Origin: Conexivisphaerales archaeon
Lineage (GTDB): Archaea > Thermoproteota > Nitrososphaeria > Conexivisphaerales > DTJL01
Reading direction: 5' to 3'
DNA length: 64,000 nt
Assembly: GCA_049509455.1 (NCBI GenBank)
Contig: JBEKZX010000001.1
Coordinates: 99,110-163,109 of the forward strand
Part shown: positions 8,110 through 17,857 of the stretch, piece by piece
How the letters are laid out: every line of letters begins with the position of its first letter
Numbering within the stretch: the first letter of the stretch is position 1
Made by a program: the position numbers and the translations under genes
The notes under the pieces: generated by a model
The model's database searches: none
What the model was told of the DNA's origin: nothing
Seen by the model: only the letters and a program-made list of their open reading frames with translations

Positions 8110-9033
8110 TTGAATGAAGGGGAGCTGGTTTGCATCGACCTGACGAAGGTCTACAGCGACTCCGGGGGCAGAAGGGCTCTCGACTCGGTGACCCTGACCG
8201 TCCCTTCTCACGGGATATTCACGTTGATCGGAAGGAACGGGGCCGGGAAGACCACCCTCGTTCGCATACTCGCGACCCAGCTTGAGCCGACCTTCGGCTC
8301 GGCGTCCATCAATGGGATTGACGTCATGAAGGAAGCCAAGAAGCTGAGGGAGAGGATAGCGATAATCCCCCAAGAGGCCAGGGCCATCCCCTGGCTGACG
8401 CCCCTGCAGACCGTCGTGGCCTATCTGCTCTGGAGGGGGCTAGGCTACGGAGAGGCGAAGAAGCGAGCCGAAGAAGCCCTCGCCAGGGCGGGGGTGGGGC
8501 AATACTCCGGGACGGTGAACAGGAAGCTCTCCGGAGGGCTCAAGAGGAAGGTTCTGGTGGCTACGGCGCTGGCTGCGGACGCGGAGATCACCTTCCTTGA
8601 CGAGCCGACGACGGGGCTGGACCCGATTTCCCGCAGGGAGCTGTGGAAGTCCCTGGACGAGATAGCCAAGGATCGCTTCCTCATACTGACCACCCACTAC
8701 CTTGAGGAGGCGGAGCACCTGGCGAACACCATAGGGATCCTCGACCAGGGGAGGCTGCTCGGGCTCGGCTCCTTGGACTATCTGAGGAGCCTGGTGAAGT
8801 ACGAGTACAGCATCAGGTTTCCTACGATGCAGGAGACCCCGTCCTTAGAGGCGGGGGTCGTCACCAGAGGGAGGGACGGACAGACGCAGATCCTGACCGA
8901 CGAGCGGGAGGCTTACAGGGTGTCGAAGGAGCTGCTGGAGATAGGGGCGAAGTTCTCCATAAACAGGATTTCGCTGGACGGCATCTTCTTCAGCTTGGCG
9001 GGCTCCATCGTCGACGAGGAGGAGCAGGAATGA
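8110..9033 (+). CDS. ABC-2 type exporter ATP-binding subunit
   Basis: GRNGAGKTT Walker A, LSGGLKR signature, FLDEPT Walker B, TTHY H-loop. Confidence 0.95.
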   Translation: MNEGELVCIDLTKVYSDSGGRRALDSVTLTVPSHGIFTLIGRNGAGKTTLVRILATQLEPTFGSASINGIDVMKEAKKLRERIAIIPQEARAIPWLTPLQTVVAYLLWRGLGYGEAKKRAEEALARAGVGQYSGTVNRKLSGGLKRKVLVATALAADAEITFLDEPTTGLDPISRRELWKSLDEIAKDRFLILTTHYLEEAEHLANTIGILDQGRLLGLGSLDYLRSLVKYEYSIRFPTMQETPSLEAGVVTRGRDGQTQILTDEREAYRVSKELLEIGAKFSINRISLDGIFFSLAGSIVDEEEQE

Positions 9034-9773
9034 AGCGGAGCGGGGGCGGCCAGATTCTCGCCGCCGTCTTGGTTAACGCCGTGTACGCGATGGAGAACTA
9101 CCCCGTGGTCCTCCTCAACACCGTGCTTTCGCCGCTCTCCTTTCTCCTCGTGATATTCTTCGTCAGCAGGGGGGCGCTCATAGGGGAGGCTATCGAAGGG
9201 GCCTTCATAATGAGCATGTTCTCGAGTGGCATGGGACTACAGTCCGACCTTTCGCACCTGAAGAACGATTTCAAGGTGCAGGACATGGTGGTGAGCTCGC
9301 CCACGACGCCGACGCTGTACGTCGCCGGCATGGCCCTATCCGAGCTCGTATATTCGCTCCCCGCCCTGACCGTGCTGACGGTTCTCGCTGCCCTTTTCCT
9401 CCGTCCCAGCCTCATCGAGGCCGTCTCTCTCCTCGGGGTAATGCTGCTGATGTTCCTGGCGTCCGTCACTCTGGGCTTCACCCTCTCCACTTTCACCAGT
9501 GATATTCTACAGAGCTACGCTATGTCTAGCCTCATCTCCACGCTCTTCTCGACGCTGCCTCCCGTCTACTACCCCATCACCTACATCCCGCTTCCCTACA
9601 GGTACCTTGCATATCTCTCTCCCACCACCTATGCTGCGGGGATCGCCCAGAACGCCATGGGCTTCCTGCAGCTAAGTTCCACAGGACTGCTGGCGGACTG
9701 GGCGGTGCTGATAGGGGTAAGCCTCTGCCTGGCTTTGGTTGCGACAAGAAAGGCGAGATGGAGAGACGTCTGA
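9030..9773 (+). CDS. ABC-2 type permease
   Basis: ATGA overlap with ATPase; about six TM segments; PVYYP..SPTTY motif. Confidence 0.9.
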   Translation: MKRSGGGQILAAVLVNAVYAMENYPVVLLNTVLSPLSFLLVIFFVSRGALIGEAIEGAFIMSMFSSGMGLQSDLSHLKNDFKVQDMVVSSPTTPTLYVAGMALSELVYSLPALTVLTVLAALFLRPSLIEAVSLLGVMLLMFLASVTLGFTLSTFTSDILQSYAMSSLISTLFSTLPPVYYPITYIPLPYRYLAYLSPTTYAAGIAQNAMGFLQLSSTGLLADWAVLIGVSLCLALVATRKARWRDV

Positions 9774-9827
9774 ACGCCGGGGGGCGATCCCCGCCGAGCG
9801 TGCCCACAGACTTCCCCCTTCTCGGTG

Positions 9828-10409
9828 TCAGGATCGCTCGCCGATGGTGATTACCAGGAATCGGCTCATCCTGCGAGGCTGTGCCCGAACGACCAGTCCT
9901 CCCCGGGCGAACATTTCAAGCACCCTCCGGGGATCGCTGGGCCAGAAATGGCGGGTGAACTTCGAGAGGCCGAAAGGCGGCCACAGGTCGGCGAGGAGGA
10001 GGCGGGAGCCTGGGCGAAGGACCCTGGCTATTTGCCGCAACCCCTGCTCCTGGGCCGGCCAGTGGTGAAAGGAGAAGGTGCTCAAGGCTAGATCGATTGA
10101 GGCATCAGCCAGAGGGAGCGATTCGGCTCCGCTCACGTAGAAGGTGGCCCCGGGCAACAGCCGTCGAGCCACCTCCACGCTGCCCTTCTCGGGGTCGATG
10201 CCTATCAGCTCTGCCGAAGGGAAGAGGATCTTGGCCTTGCGCAGTAGCCCCCCCGTTCCGCAGCCGACGTCTAGGATGGTCCGCGGCCGCTCTTGCCTGT
10301 CAACGAGGCTGAGGATGATGTTGTGCGCCCGGTCGAAGAAGAAGTTCTGACTGGGCGACCCTCCACGTGGCGTCGGCCTGCGGTCGGACAATTCGATTTC
10401 GTCGACCAC
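9828..10409 (-). CDS. Class I SAM-dependent methyltransferase
   Basis: ILDVGCGTG motif I; AESLP; SFHHW; RVLRPG. Confidence 0.88.
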   Translation of the reverse strand: MVDEIELSDRRPTPRGGSPSQNFFFDRAHNIILSLVDRQERPRTILDVGCGTGGLLRKAKILFPSAELIGIDPEKGSVEVARRLLPGATFYVSGAESLPLADASIDLALSTFSFHHWPAQEQGLRQIARVLRPGSRLLLADLWPPFGLSKFTRHFWPSDPRRVLEMFARGGLVVRAQPRRMSRFLVITIGERS

Positions 10410-10515
10410 GCGCGCTTTTCACTGGGCCCTGGGCGACTAAGGAGACTATTTCTGGATATCTGTTTCTCCTGCCATCGAAAGGGACGGCGGCTGCTCTCGC
10501 CGTGGACGTTTTTTC

Positions 10516-11076
10516 GTGTTCCCATCAAAGCAAGTTAAATACGCGAAACTGTTGGTCCGTAACGGCAAGGGAATGGGCGAAGTCCTCAAGATTGAAGGCG
10601 GGCGTTGGACGGATTTCTGGCTTACGGACAGGGATGTCCTGCAGGTCACCGTCGCCCCCTCTTCTTACATCTACGTCACCACCGCCGCCTTCATCGCGGT
10701 AGCCATTCTATTGGCTAGGGTGCTGAACCCGGCATTTGTCAGCGGGATTATCTTGGCAGCGGCCGGTGGCGCCGTCGCGGCCGCGCTCGGCAGCATATTC
10801 GGCTCCCTCTTGGCCAACCGTTCGGCCATCCGGCGGAGAAGAGAGCTCCTCTCTCTCACATCAGATCAGATGCGAGTCCAGAAGGGGAAGGTGATCAGTG
10901 TTCCTTGGTCAGAGGTGGAATCGGTGAAGTTGAGCGGGAGGACGATGACGCTCTGCTACGGTAAGCATCAGATGAAGATGCTGCTTCCGCCCAAAGCCGT
11001 CGTGCCCACGAGAGAATACGTGTCAGCAAAGCTCGCCGGCAGGATAGTCATAGAACAGAGCGGGGCGCCTGCCTGA
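10516..11076 (+). CDS. Hypothetical membrane protein (two TM plus soluble C-terminus)
   Basis: Two hydrophobic helices; VPWSEVESV suggests a PH-like domain; true start may be ATG near 10575. Confidence 0.6.
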   Translation: MFPSKQVKYAKLLVRNGKGMGEVLKIEGGRWTDFWLTDRDVLQVTVAPSSYIYVTTAAFIAVAILLARVLNPAFVSGIILAAAGGAVAAALGSIFGSLLANRSAIRRRRELLSLTSDQMRVQKGKVISVPWSEVESVKLSGRTMTLCYGKHQMKMLLPPKAVVPTREYVSAKLAGRIVIEQSGAPA

Positions 11077-11152
11077 AGTCCATCCCTTTCGCAGGGGTGA
11101 GCTCACCGGAAGCGGCCGCCTGGCATCTGGAAGCGCGGGGCTCACCTGAAGG

Positions 11153-12145
11153 TCAATAGTGGCCTTCGACTGCGCGTGGCCGGTAGGGCTCCTCCAACAG
11201 CTTGATTTCTTCATGGGTCAGCTTGACGTCCACCGCGCCAACGAGCTCTTCCAGCTGCGGAAGCTTGGTCACGCCTACGATGGGGGCGACCACGCAGGGC
11301 TTGCTGAGCAGCCAGGCGAGCGCCACCTGGACCGGTGGGACGTCCTTCTCCTTGGAGACAGCCAGCAGCGCGTCCAGCACCTTGAAGTCTTGGGGTCTGA
11401 AATACCTCTCCTTAAGGTACTTGTCCGACTCGTAGCGGCGACCGCTCGGCTTCAGCCCCCTCCGGTATCTTCCCGACAAGAACCCCCTCCCAAGCGGGCT
11501 CCACGAGATGATCCCCACACCTCTCGACAAGCAAAGCGGAATCATCTCTCGCTCCTCCTCTCTATAGGCTAGGTTGTAATGGTCCTGCATGCTCACGAAT
11601 TTCTCTAGGCCCAGTCTTTCGCTGGTGTCCAAGGCGGTGGCGAGCTGCCAGGCCCACATGCTCGAGGCGCCGATGTAGTTCACCGTCCCTTCATGGATGA
11701 GATCGTCCAACGCCGACAGGGTCTCCTCGATCGGCGTCTCATAGTCCCAACGGTGTGTCTGATAGAGGTCGACGTACTTCATCTTAAGGCGCTCGAGGGA
11801 CCGTCCGATCTGCTGCCGGATGTGCCGGCGAGAGAGTCCCCTGTCGTTGGGGCCCGGCCCCATGGGGTTGAAGACCTTCGTCGCTATCACTAGGTCGTTC
11901 CGTCTCCCCTGCGCCGCCCTCCCAACGATCTCCTCCGATTTCCCCGACGAATACATGTTGGCCGTGTCGAGGAAGTTGATTCCGAGGTCTATCGCCTTCT
12001 TAATGATGGGCTCGGAGTCCTCGTAACCCAGGGTCCAGGCGAAGCCCCCCTTCTCACCGCCGCCGAAGCTCATGCATCCCAGGCAGATTCGCGAGACCTT
12101 CAGACCGCTGGTCCCAAGACGAGTGTACTGCATGACCTGCATCAT
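11153..12145 (-). CDS. Aldo/keto reductase
   Basis: LGTSGLKVSRICLG, DTANMY, IATK, LYQTHRWD, WSPLGRG. Confidence 0.95.
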   Translation of the reverse strand: MMQVMQYTRLGTSGLKVSRICLGCMSFGGGEKGGFAWTLGYEDSEPIIKKAIDLGINFLDTANMYSSGKSEEIVGRAAQGRRNDLVIATKVFNPMGPGPNDRGLSRRHIRQQIGRSLERLKMKYVDLYQTHRWDYETPIEETLSALDDLIHEGTVNYIGASSMWAWQLATALDTSERLGLEKFVSMQDHYNLAYREEEREMIPLCLSRGVGIISWSPLGRGFLSGRYRRGLKPSGRRYESDKYLKERYFRPQDFKVLDALLAVSKEKDVPPVQVALAWLLSKPCVVAPIVGVTKLPQLEELVGAVDVKLTHEEIKLLEEPYRPRAVEGHY

Positions 12146-12253
12146 CGCTCTGTCGACTAATTAGTCTTGCTTTACATGGATGTCAAGTCGTTGCCCGACA
12201 TCCTATTTCCGCAGCCCTGACCGGCCCTCGTGCGCACGGGACGGCAGTAGCGC

Positions 12254-13348
12254 GTGACCAAAAGCATATCTACCTACGCATGGCTTCCAGCGACTGTGCC
12301 TAAGCTGAGGGTGGGGTACTGGGCCGCGGCCGAGCAACACAATCCCGAGCTTCTTATTCAATACGCAAAGGAGGCCGAGGTCGTGGGCTTCGACATGATC
12401 GCCGTCAGCGACCACTTCTCCCCCTGGCGCGACAAGGAAGGCCAGGCCGGCTTCCCCTGGGTGTGGCTGGCAGCGGCGGCGAGCCAGACCAGGAGCACCG
12501 AAGTGGGGACGGCCGTGACGACACCCACTTCCCGCTATCATCCCGCCATAGTGGCCCAGGCCTTCGCCACCCTAGACTACCTCTTCCCTGGCCGAATCTT
12601 CATCACTCTGGGCACGGGCCACAAAATGAACGAGGCCCCCCTAGGCTTTGACTGGCCCAAGGCGAGCGAAAGGATAGCCCGGCTTGAGGAAGCGGTGGAG
12701 ATAATACAGCTCCTCTGGAAGGGCGATTTCGTCAACTATACCGGCAAGTATTACAAGCTGACCAACGCGAAGCTGTACACCCCGCCGAAGAAGAAGATCC
12801 CCCTCTACATCGCCACGGCCAACGCGAGAGTTGCCGCCATCGCCGGGTGGTTGGGCGACGGTATACTCACCAATCCCAGAGGCCTGGAGAACCATATCGC
12901 GATCCTGAAGGCGATGCAGGACGCCGCCGTCGCGGCGGGCAAGGACCCGTCCAAGCTGGGCACCTGCCTGGAGTTCAAGGTGTCTTACGATGTCGACTAC
13001 GACAGGGCGTTCAAGTCAGCCTCCTACTGGGCCCCCACCGTCATCCCCAAGGACGTCCGGGAGAACATCTCCGACCCTAGGGAGCTGGAGGCCAACGTCG
13101 GCCCGAACGAGCTGGAGGGTATAAAGAAGACCTGGCTCATCACGGACGACTCCGACGACATAATCAGAAGGCTGGGGGAGTTCCTCAAGATGGGCTTTAA
13201 CCGCGTCTACATTCACAGCGCCTCCCCCAACGAGCACAAGTTCCTCCACCTCATAGGCAGAGATATACTCCCGTGGATGAAGGAGTACTACGAAAGCCTG
13301 ACCGACGTTGAAAGGATGACGCTCCCGCTGCGAACCACGCCGGACTAG
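12254..13348 (+). CDS. F420-dependent LLM-class oxidoreductase, FGD (glucose-6-phosphate dehydrogenase)-like
   Basis: SDHFSPW, TPTSRYHPAIVAQAFATL, GTG.KMNE, FKVSYD, YWAP. Confidence 0.85.
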   Translation: MTKSISTYAWLPATVPKLRVGYWAAAEQHNPELLIQYAKEAEVVGFDMIAVSDHFSPWRDKEGQAGFPWVWLAAAASQTRSTEVGTAVTTPTSRYHPAIVAQAFATLDYLFPGRIFITLGTGHKMNEAPLGFDWPKASERIARLEEAVEIIQLLWKGDFVNYTGKYYKLTNAKLYTPPKKKIPLYIATANARVAAIAGWLGDGILTNPRGLENHIAILKAMQDAAVAAGKDPSKLGTCLEFKVSYDVDYDRAFKSASYWAPTVIPKDVRENISDPRELEANVGPNELEGIKKTWLITDDSDDIIRRLGEFLKMGFNRVYIHSASPNEHKFLHLIGRDILPWMKEYYESLTDVERMTLPLRTTPD

Positions 13349-13349
13349 T

Positions 13350-14495
13350 CTAGGCTATTACTGACCTGTGCCACCGTAATATGTTTTCGGGTAGCTTCAG
13401 GCCCCTCTGCTCCACGCGCTCGACCAGGAAGATGGGGAGCGGACTCAACAGGTACGCCGACTTCATGTAGAAGCTGCTGGGCGTGCCTGGCTTCCAGTCC
13501 CCTTTGAGCACGTAGGAGTAGTCCGACAGGGCCTCGATGGTGCTGTCCGGGGTGCCCACGATGGAGGCGATCTGGCCGCCCATCTTCTTCAAGTTCCTGC
13601 ACCATCCGGCCACGATCTCGGTTTCGCCGCTCATCGAGACGACGATCACCGTGTCCCCGGCCCTGGGCGGCGGGATGTTCGAATCCCCGGAGACGTAGAC
13701 TAGGTCTCCCAGAGCCCGCTTCACATGGCCGACCCTCACAGCCGCCATCCTTACGACCTCCTTGCTGCTTCCTAGGCCGGCGAAGAAGCACGTGTTTCGC
13801 TGCTCCAGAGAATTGATGAGGAACTCGAATGACTCGGATCCCACGAAGTCGTCCATCAGCGTGGAGATCTCGGTCGACAGGTCCTTCATGATTGAAAGGA
13901 TCTTGCTGGCTGAAGCCTCCTGGAACATGGCCTCCACCATGCTGTGGGAGAGCAGGCCGCTAGCCAGAGAGAACATGTCCTCCAGTATGCCGTAGCTCTT
14001 AAACTCCTTCGACTCCACGAGCGTGTCGGCCTCCTCCCTGTCCTTGAGAACGACCATGTTCCCGTACTTCGCCGAAAGCTTCCCCAGAGGGGATTCGGGG
14101 TCCGACGTAATCAGGTTGATCCTAAAGTCCCTGGCCTGCCCGGTGTTCTCGAGATATATCCCCAGCTTCTGTGCGTCCAGCAGCGGCGTCAGCGACTTCC
14201 CGCTGCTCGAATTGATGAAGAGGCAGACCTGGCCGTACTTCCTTCTCAGTATGGGGGCTGCCAGCGCCATGTCGGTGGCCGGGAAGCCTATGTCCCCCCG
14301 ATCGAGGACCCTCTTTCCGTAATTCATCTTGGCCATCTCGCTGCAGGCGATGCTGATGGCTCCCTTGGACCTCCCTTCGCCGCTGGGGATGATCACTCCG
14401 GCGCTCATCATATCATGGTAGAAGGTCTCGATTTGGGTCACGTCTAGGGTGCTGAGGTTCTCGAAGATGCGGTTGATGTAGTCAACCTTACTCAA
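13350..14495 (-). CDS. Tandem SIS-domain protein; C-terminal domain resembles 6-phospho-3-hexuloisomerase
   Basis: FFAGLGSS, YVSGD, GDTVIVVSMSGET; N-terminal degenerate copy with GEGRS and FINSSSGKS. Confidence 0.8.
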   Translation of the reverse strand: MSKVDYINRIFENLSTLDVTQIETFYHDMMSAGVIIPSGEGRSKGAISIACSEMAKMNYGKRVLDRGDIGFPATDMALAAPILRRKYGQVCLFINSSSGKSLTPLLDAQKLGIYLENTGQARDFRINLITSDPESPLGKLSAKYGNMVVLKDREEADTLVESKEFKSYGILEDMFSLASGLLSHSMVEAMFQEASASKILSIMKDLSTEISTLMDDFVGSESFEFLINSLEQRNTCFFAGLGSSKEVVRMAAVRVGHVKRALGDLVYVSGDSNIPPPRAGDTVIVVSMSGETEIVAGWCRNLKKMGGQIASIVGTPDSTIEALSDYSYVLKGDWKPGTPSSFYMKSAYLLSPLPIFLVERVEQRGLKLPENILRWHRSVIA

Positions 14496-14629
14496 AGATG
14501 TCTAACTCCGGGGGGAACAAGTGTCATCGCCTTCCGACGATGTCCCTATTGTGAACGCATTAAAATAGCTTCTTTGCGGCGGCCTCAAGATGCCAGTGGC
14601 TGCTGACCCACGGTGGCGGATGACTGGAG

Positions 14630-14743
14630 CGGGCCCGGTGAGATTCGGACTCACGGCCTACTGCTATCTCACGCGAAGATAGGAGGCAGTCGCGCTATCC
14701 ATATTTCGCCCCGCACCTGCTGGCGGGACTGCGCTACGGGCCC
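14630..14743 (-). tRNA. tRNA-Arg(CCT) with two introns (about 15/16 in the D-loop, 14704-14728; 37/38, 14666-14679)
   Basis: Manual fold: acceptor GGGCCCG/CGGGCCC, D-stem GCGC/GCGC, anticodon stem ACTGC/GCAGT, T-arm GTGAG-TCCGAAT-CTCAC, A20 Arg identity element. Confidence 0.85.
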
Positions 14744-14798
14744 GCATCGGACGAGTCGCCAGAGCTTGTTTATTAAATGTTGGCAGGCACCTGAGTCT

Positions 14799-17525
14799 CT
14801 ACACAGTAGAGCTTGTCTGCATCTTCTCCTGGACTATAGCTTGGGCCGCGGCCAGCCTGGCGACGGGTACCCTGTACGGGGAGCAACTCACATAGTCGAG
14901 GCCAAGGGAGTCGGCGATAGCGATGGACCTCGGATCCCCGCCGTGCTCTCCGCATATGCCCACCGTGAGCTCATGGTTGACAGCCCGGCCGTCGTCCACC
15001 GCGATCTTCATCAGCCGAGCCACCCCGTCGGGGTCCAGCGATTCGAAGGGGTTGAACGGGAGGATCTTCATCTCCAGGTAGAGCGGCATGAACTTGCCCT
15101 CTACGTCGTCCCTGCTGAAGGCGAAGGTGGCCTGCGTGAGGTCATTGGTACCGAAGGAGAAGAACTGGGCGTACTGCGCGATCTTCCCCGCCGTCAGCGC
15201 CGCCCTGGGCGTCTCCACCATGGTCCCAGAACGGTAGTTCAGCCGGACCCCCTCCTTCTTCATGACGTCGGCAGCCGTTTCGTCGATCATCTCCTTCACC
15301 CTCCTGAACTCCTCCGCCTCGGCCACCTGAGGGACCATGACCTCGGGCTCCACCTCGACCTTCTCCTTGGCAAGCTCGGCCGCGGCCTCGAAGATGGCCC
15401 TGATCTGCATCTGGTATATCTCAGGATGAGACAGGCCCACCCTCACTCCCCTGTGGCCCAGCATCGGGTTGTGCTCCTGCAGCTCCATCACCCTCTTGAG
15501 GAGTCTCTCCTTCGCGGGCAGTTCCGGCGAGCCAGGGTTGGACATCCTCATCTGCATCACCTCGGGTAGGAGTTCGTCGTACTTCGGAAGGAACTCGTGG
15601 AGCGGAAGGTCCATGAGCCTGATGGTGACGGGGAGGCCCTCCATGACCTTCAGTATCTCCTTGAAGTCGCTCTTCTGGAGGGGCTTGAGCCTGTCGAGGT
15701 ACGTCTGCCTCTCCTCCTTGCTGCCGGCGAGTATCATGGACTGGACCAACGGGAGCCTTTCAGGGGCGTTGAACATCCTCTCCGTCCTCGTCAGCCCTAT
15801 CCCCTGAGCGCCGTTCTTCCTAGCCGCCTTGGCCATGGCAGGGGTGTCCGCGTTGGCCCTGATCTTCAGACGCCTTATGGAGTCCGCCCATGAGAGAAGC
15901 TTGTTCACGGAGGCGGTGAGCTCCGGCTCTACGACGGGGACGCTGCCGAAGAAGACCTGGCCGCTCCCTCCGTCGATGGTTATGACGTCCCCCTTCTTCA
16001 CCCGCTTCCCACCGGCCGTAAAGGTCTCTTTCTCCAGGTCAATCTTGACCTCCTCGGCGCCAGCGATACAGGGCTTCCCCATGCCCCTTGAAACCACGGC
16101 GGCGTGGCTCGTCTTCCCTCCCCTGCTGGTGAGCACGCCTTCGGATGCGACCATGCCTGCGATGTCCTCGGGAGCCGTCTCAGGCCGGACGAGGATTACG
16201 GCCTCTCCGTTCGCCTTGGCCTTTATAGCATCCTCCACCGTAAACACCACCTTCCCCGATGCGGCCCCTGGCGAAGCCGCCAGCCCCTGACCGATGGGCT
16301 TCCCTTTGTACTTCGGGTCGATCTGTTTGTGGAGAAGCTGCTCGAACTGGGCGGAGTCAATCCTCCCTATCGCCTCCTCTCGCGTTATCATCTTCTCATC
16401 CGCGAAGTCGGTGACGATCTGCACCGCGGCCTGAGCCGTCCTCTTTCCAGTCCTCGTCTGTAACATGTAGAGCTTCCCCTTCTCGATGGTGAACTCGATG
16501 TCCTGTATGTCCTTGAAGTAGCCTTCGAGCTTCCGCGCTATCTCGAGGAGCTTCAAATAGGCCTCTGGGAGGGCCTTCTCCAGCTGGTCGATGGGCTGTG
16601 GAGTCCTGATGCCTGCGACCACGTCTTCGCCCTGCGCCTTCACGAGATACTCTCCGTAGATTCTGCGCTCGCCCGTCGACGGATTGCGCGTGAAAGCCAC
16701 GCCTGTGGCTGACTTATCGTCCATGTTACCGTAGACCATGAGGACGATGTTGACAGCCGTCCCCAGCTCCTCTGAGATCTTGTAGATTTTCCGGTACTCC
16801 TCCGCACGGGGGTTGTACCACGAATCAAAGACCGCGGCCACCGACATGAACAGCTGCTGGGTCGGGTCCTGGGGGACCTCCTTCCCCGACCTCTCCTTGA
16901 TTAACGACTTGTAGCGCTGGCAGACTTCCTTCCATATCGCCGCTGGGACCTCGACGTCGGTCTTCACGCCGGCCCTGACCTTCGCCTCTTCGATGACCTT
17001 CTCGAACTCCTCGCCGGGCACCTTCAGGACTATCTTCCCGAAGAGCTGCAGGAACCGCCGGTACGTGTCGTAGGCAAAGCGCGAGTCTCCGGTGATTATC
17101 GCGAGGTCCTCCGCCGTCCTGTCACTCATGCCGAGGTTGAGGATGGTGTCCATCATCCCGGGCATCGAGAACGGGGCGCCCGACCTGACCGAAACTAATA
17201 GGGGGTCCCTGGGGTCGCCGAAGCGCTTCCCCGTGAGCTTCTCCAGCTCGAGGATCTTCTCAGTCACCTTCCCCTCGAACCCATGGGGGAACGTCTTTCC
17301 GGCCTTGAAGTACTCTCTGCACATGCCAGTCGTTATCACTATCCCCGGAGGGACCGGCAGGCCCAGCTTGGTCATCTCTACGAGGCCGAAGCCCTTTCCT
17401 CCGAGCTCAAACTTGGTGAGGCCCAAACCGGTGGCCTCCTTGAACGAGTACACTTGCAGGTCGCTCTGTTGCATATCGAGTTCCCTACAGAGTCCTCTGG
17501 TGTCTTGGCTTAAAGATTTCGCCAT
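14799..17525 (-). CDS. ppdK: Pyruvate, phosphate dikinase
   Basis: LLVSVRSGAPFSMPGMMDT, GGKTSHAAVV phospho-His, FSFGTNDLTQ, GICGEHGGDP. Confidence 0.98.
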   Translation of the reverse strand: MAKSLSQDTRGLCRELDMQQSDLQVYSFKEATGLGLTKFELGGKGFGLVEMTKLGLPVPPGIVITTGMCREYFKAGKTFPHGFEGKVTEKILELEKLTGKRFGDPRDPLLVSVRSGAPFSMPGMMDTILNLGMSDRTAEDLAIITGDSRFAYDTYRRFLQLFGKIVLKVPGEEFEKVIEEAKVRAGVKTDVEVPAAIWKEVCQRYKSLIKERSGKEVPQDPTQQLFMSVAAVFDSWYNPRAEEYRKIYKISEELGTAVNIVLMVYGNMDDKSATGVAFTRNPSTGERRIYGEYLVKAQGEDVVAGIRTPQPIDQLEKALPEAYLKLLEIARKLEGYFKDIQDIEFTIEKGKLYMLQTRTGKRTAQAAVQIVTDFADEKMITREEAIGRIDSAQFEQLLHKQIDPKYKGKPIGQGLAASPGAASGKVVFTVEDAIKAKANGEAVILVRPETAPEDIAGMVASEGVLTSRGGKTSHAAVVSRGMGKPCIAGAEEVKIDLEKETFTAGGKRVKKGDVITIDGGSGQVFFGSVPVVEPELTASVNKLLSWADSIRRLKIRANADTPAMAKAARKNGAQGIGLTRTERMFNAPERLPLVQSMILAGSKEERQTYLDRLKPLQKSDFKEILKVMEGLPVTIRLMDLPLHEFLPKYDELLPEVMQMRMSNPGSPELPAKERLLKRVMELQEHNPMLGHRGVRVGLSHPEIYQMQIRAIFEAAAELAKEKVEVEPEVMVPQVAEAEEFRRVKEMIDETAADVMKKEGVRLNYRSGTMVETPRAALTAGKIAQYAQFFSFGTNDLTQATFAFSRDDVEGKFMPLYLEMKILPFNPFESLDPDGVARLMKIAVDDGRAVNHELTVGICGEHGGDPRSIAIADSLGLDYVSCSPYRVPVARLAAAQAIVQEKMQTSSTV

Positions 17526-17575
17526 CTGCGATGCGAAAGTTGAACTTCTCTATGTAGCGATAGGGCGAGCTCGGC

Positions 17576-17806
17576 TCATTCCACGGCGAGCATGGTCAAC
17601 GTCGATCGCACCTTGTTGAGGCGCCTGACCTTCCACGTGATAAGTTCCTTGAGCTTCTCGGCGGTGCTGGCTTCGATCTTCACTACGGTGTCATAGACTC
17701 CATACACACGATAGGCTTCCCTGACCTCAGGGATGGTCTTGAGGGACTGCAAAACCTCGTCCTCCCCACCCGGCTCTACATTCAACAACACAAACGCTAT
17801 TGGCAT
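17576..17806 (-). CDS. Stand-alone Lrp/AsnC ligand-binding (RAM) domain protein
   Basis: AFVLLNVEPG..VYGVYDTVVKIE..VRSTLTM. Confidence 0.9.
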   Translation of the reverse strand: MPIAFVLLNVEPGGEDEVLQSLKTIPEVREAYRVYGVYDTVVKIEASTAEKLKELITWKVRRLNKVRSTLTMLAVE

Positions 17807-17857
17807 GCCGAACATTGATGCCACAAAGGGGCAATATAAGATTTGTGAGGCAATGAG

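Noticed and set aside
4400-8110. att-like direct repeats bounding the island (GACTCCAT near 4522 and 8027)
   Set aside because: Only 8 bp, expected by chance; no adjacent tRNA or integrase.
14613-15569. 318-aa plus-strand ORF, and similar long antisense ORFs (2256-3077, 34344-35294, 46618-47382, 55355-56293)
   Set aside because: Shadow ORFs opposite well-supported genes or a tRNA in a high-GC genome; no motifs.
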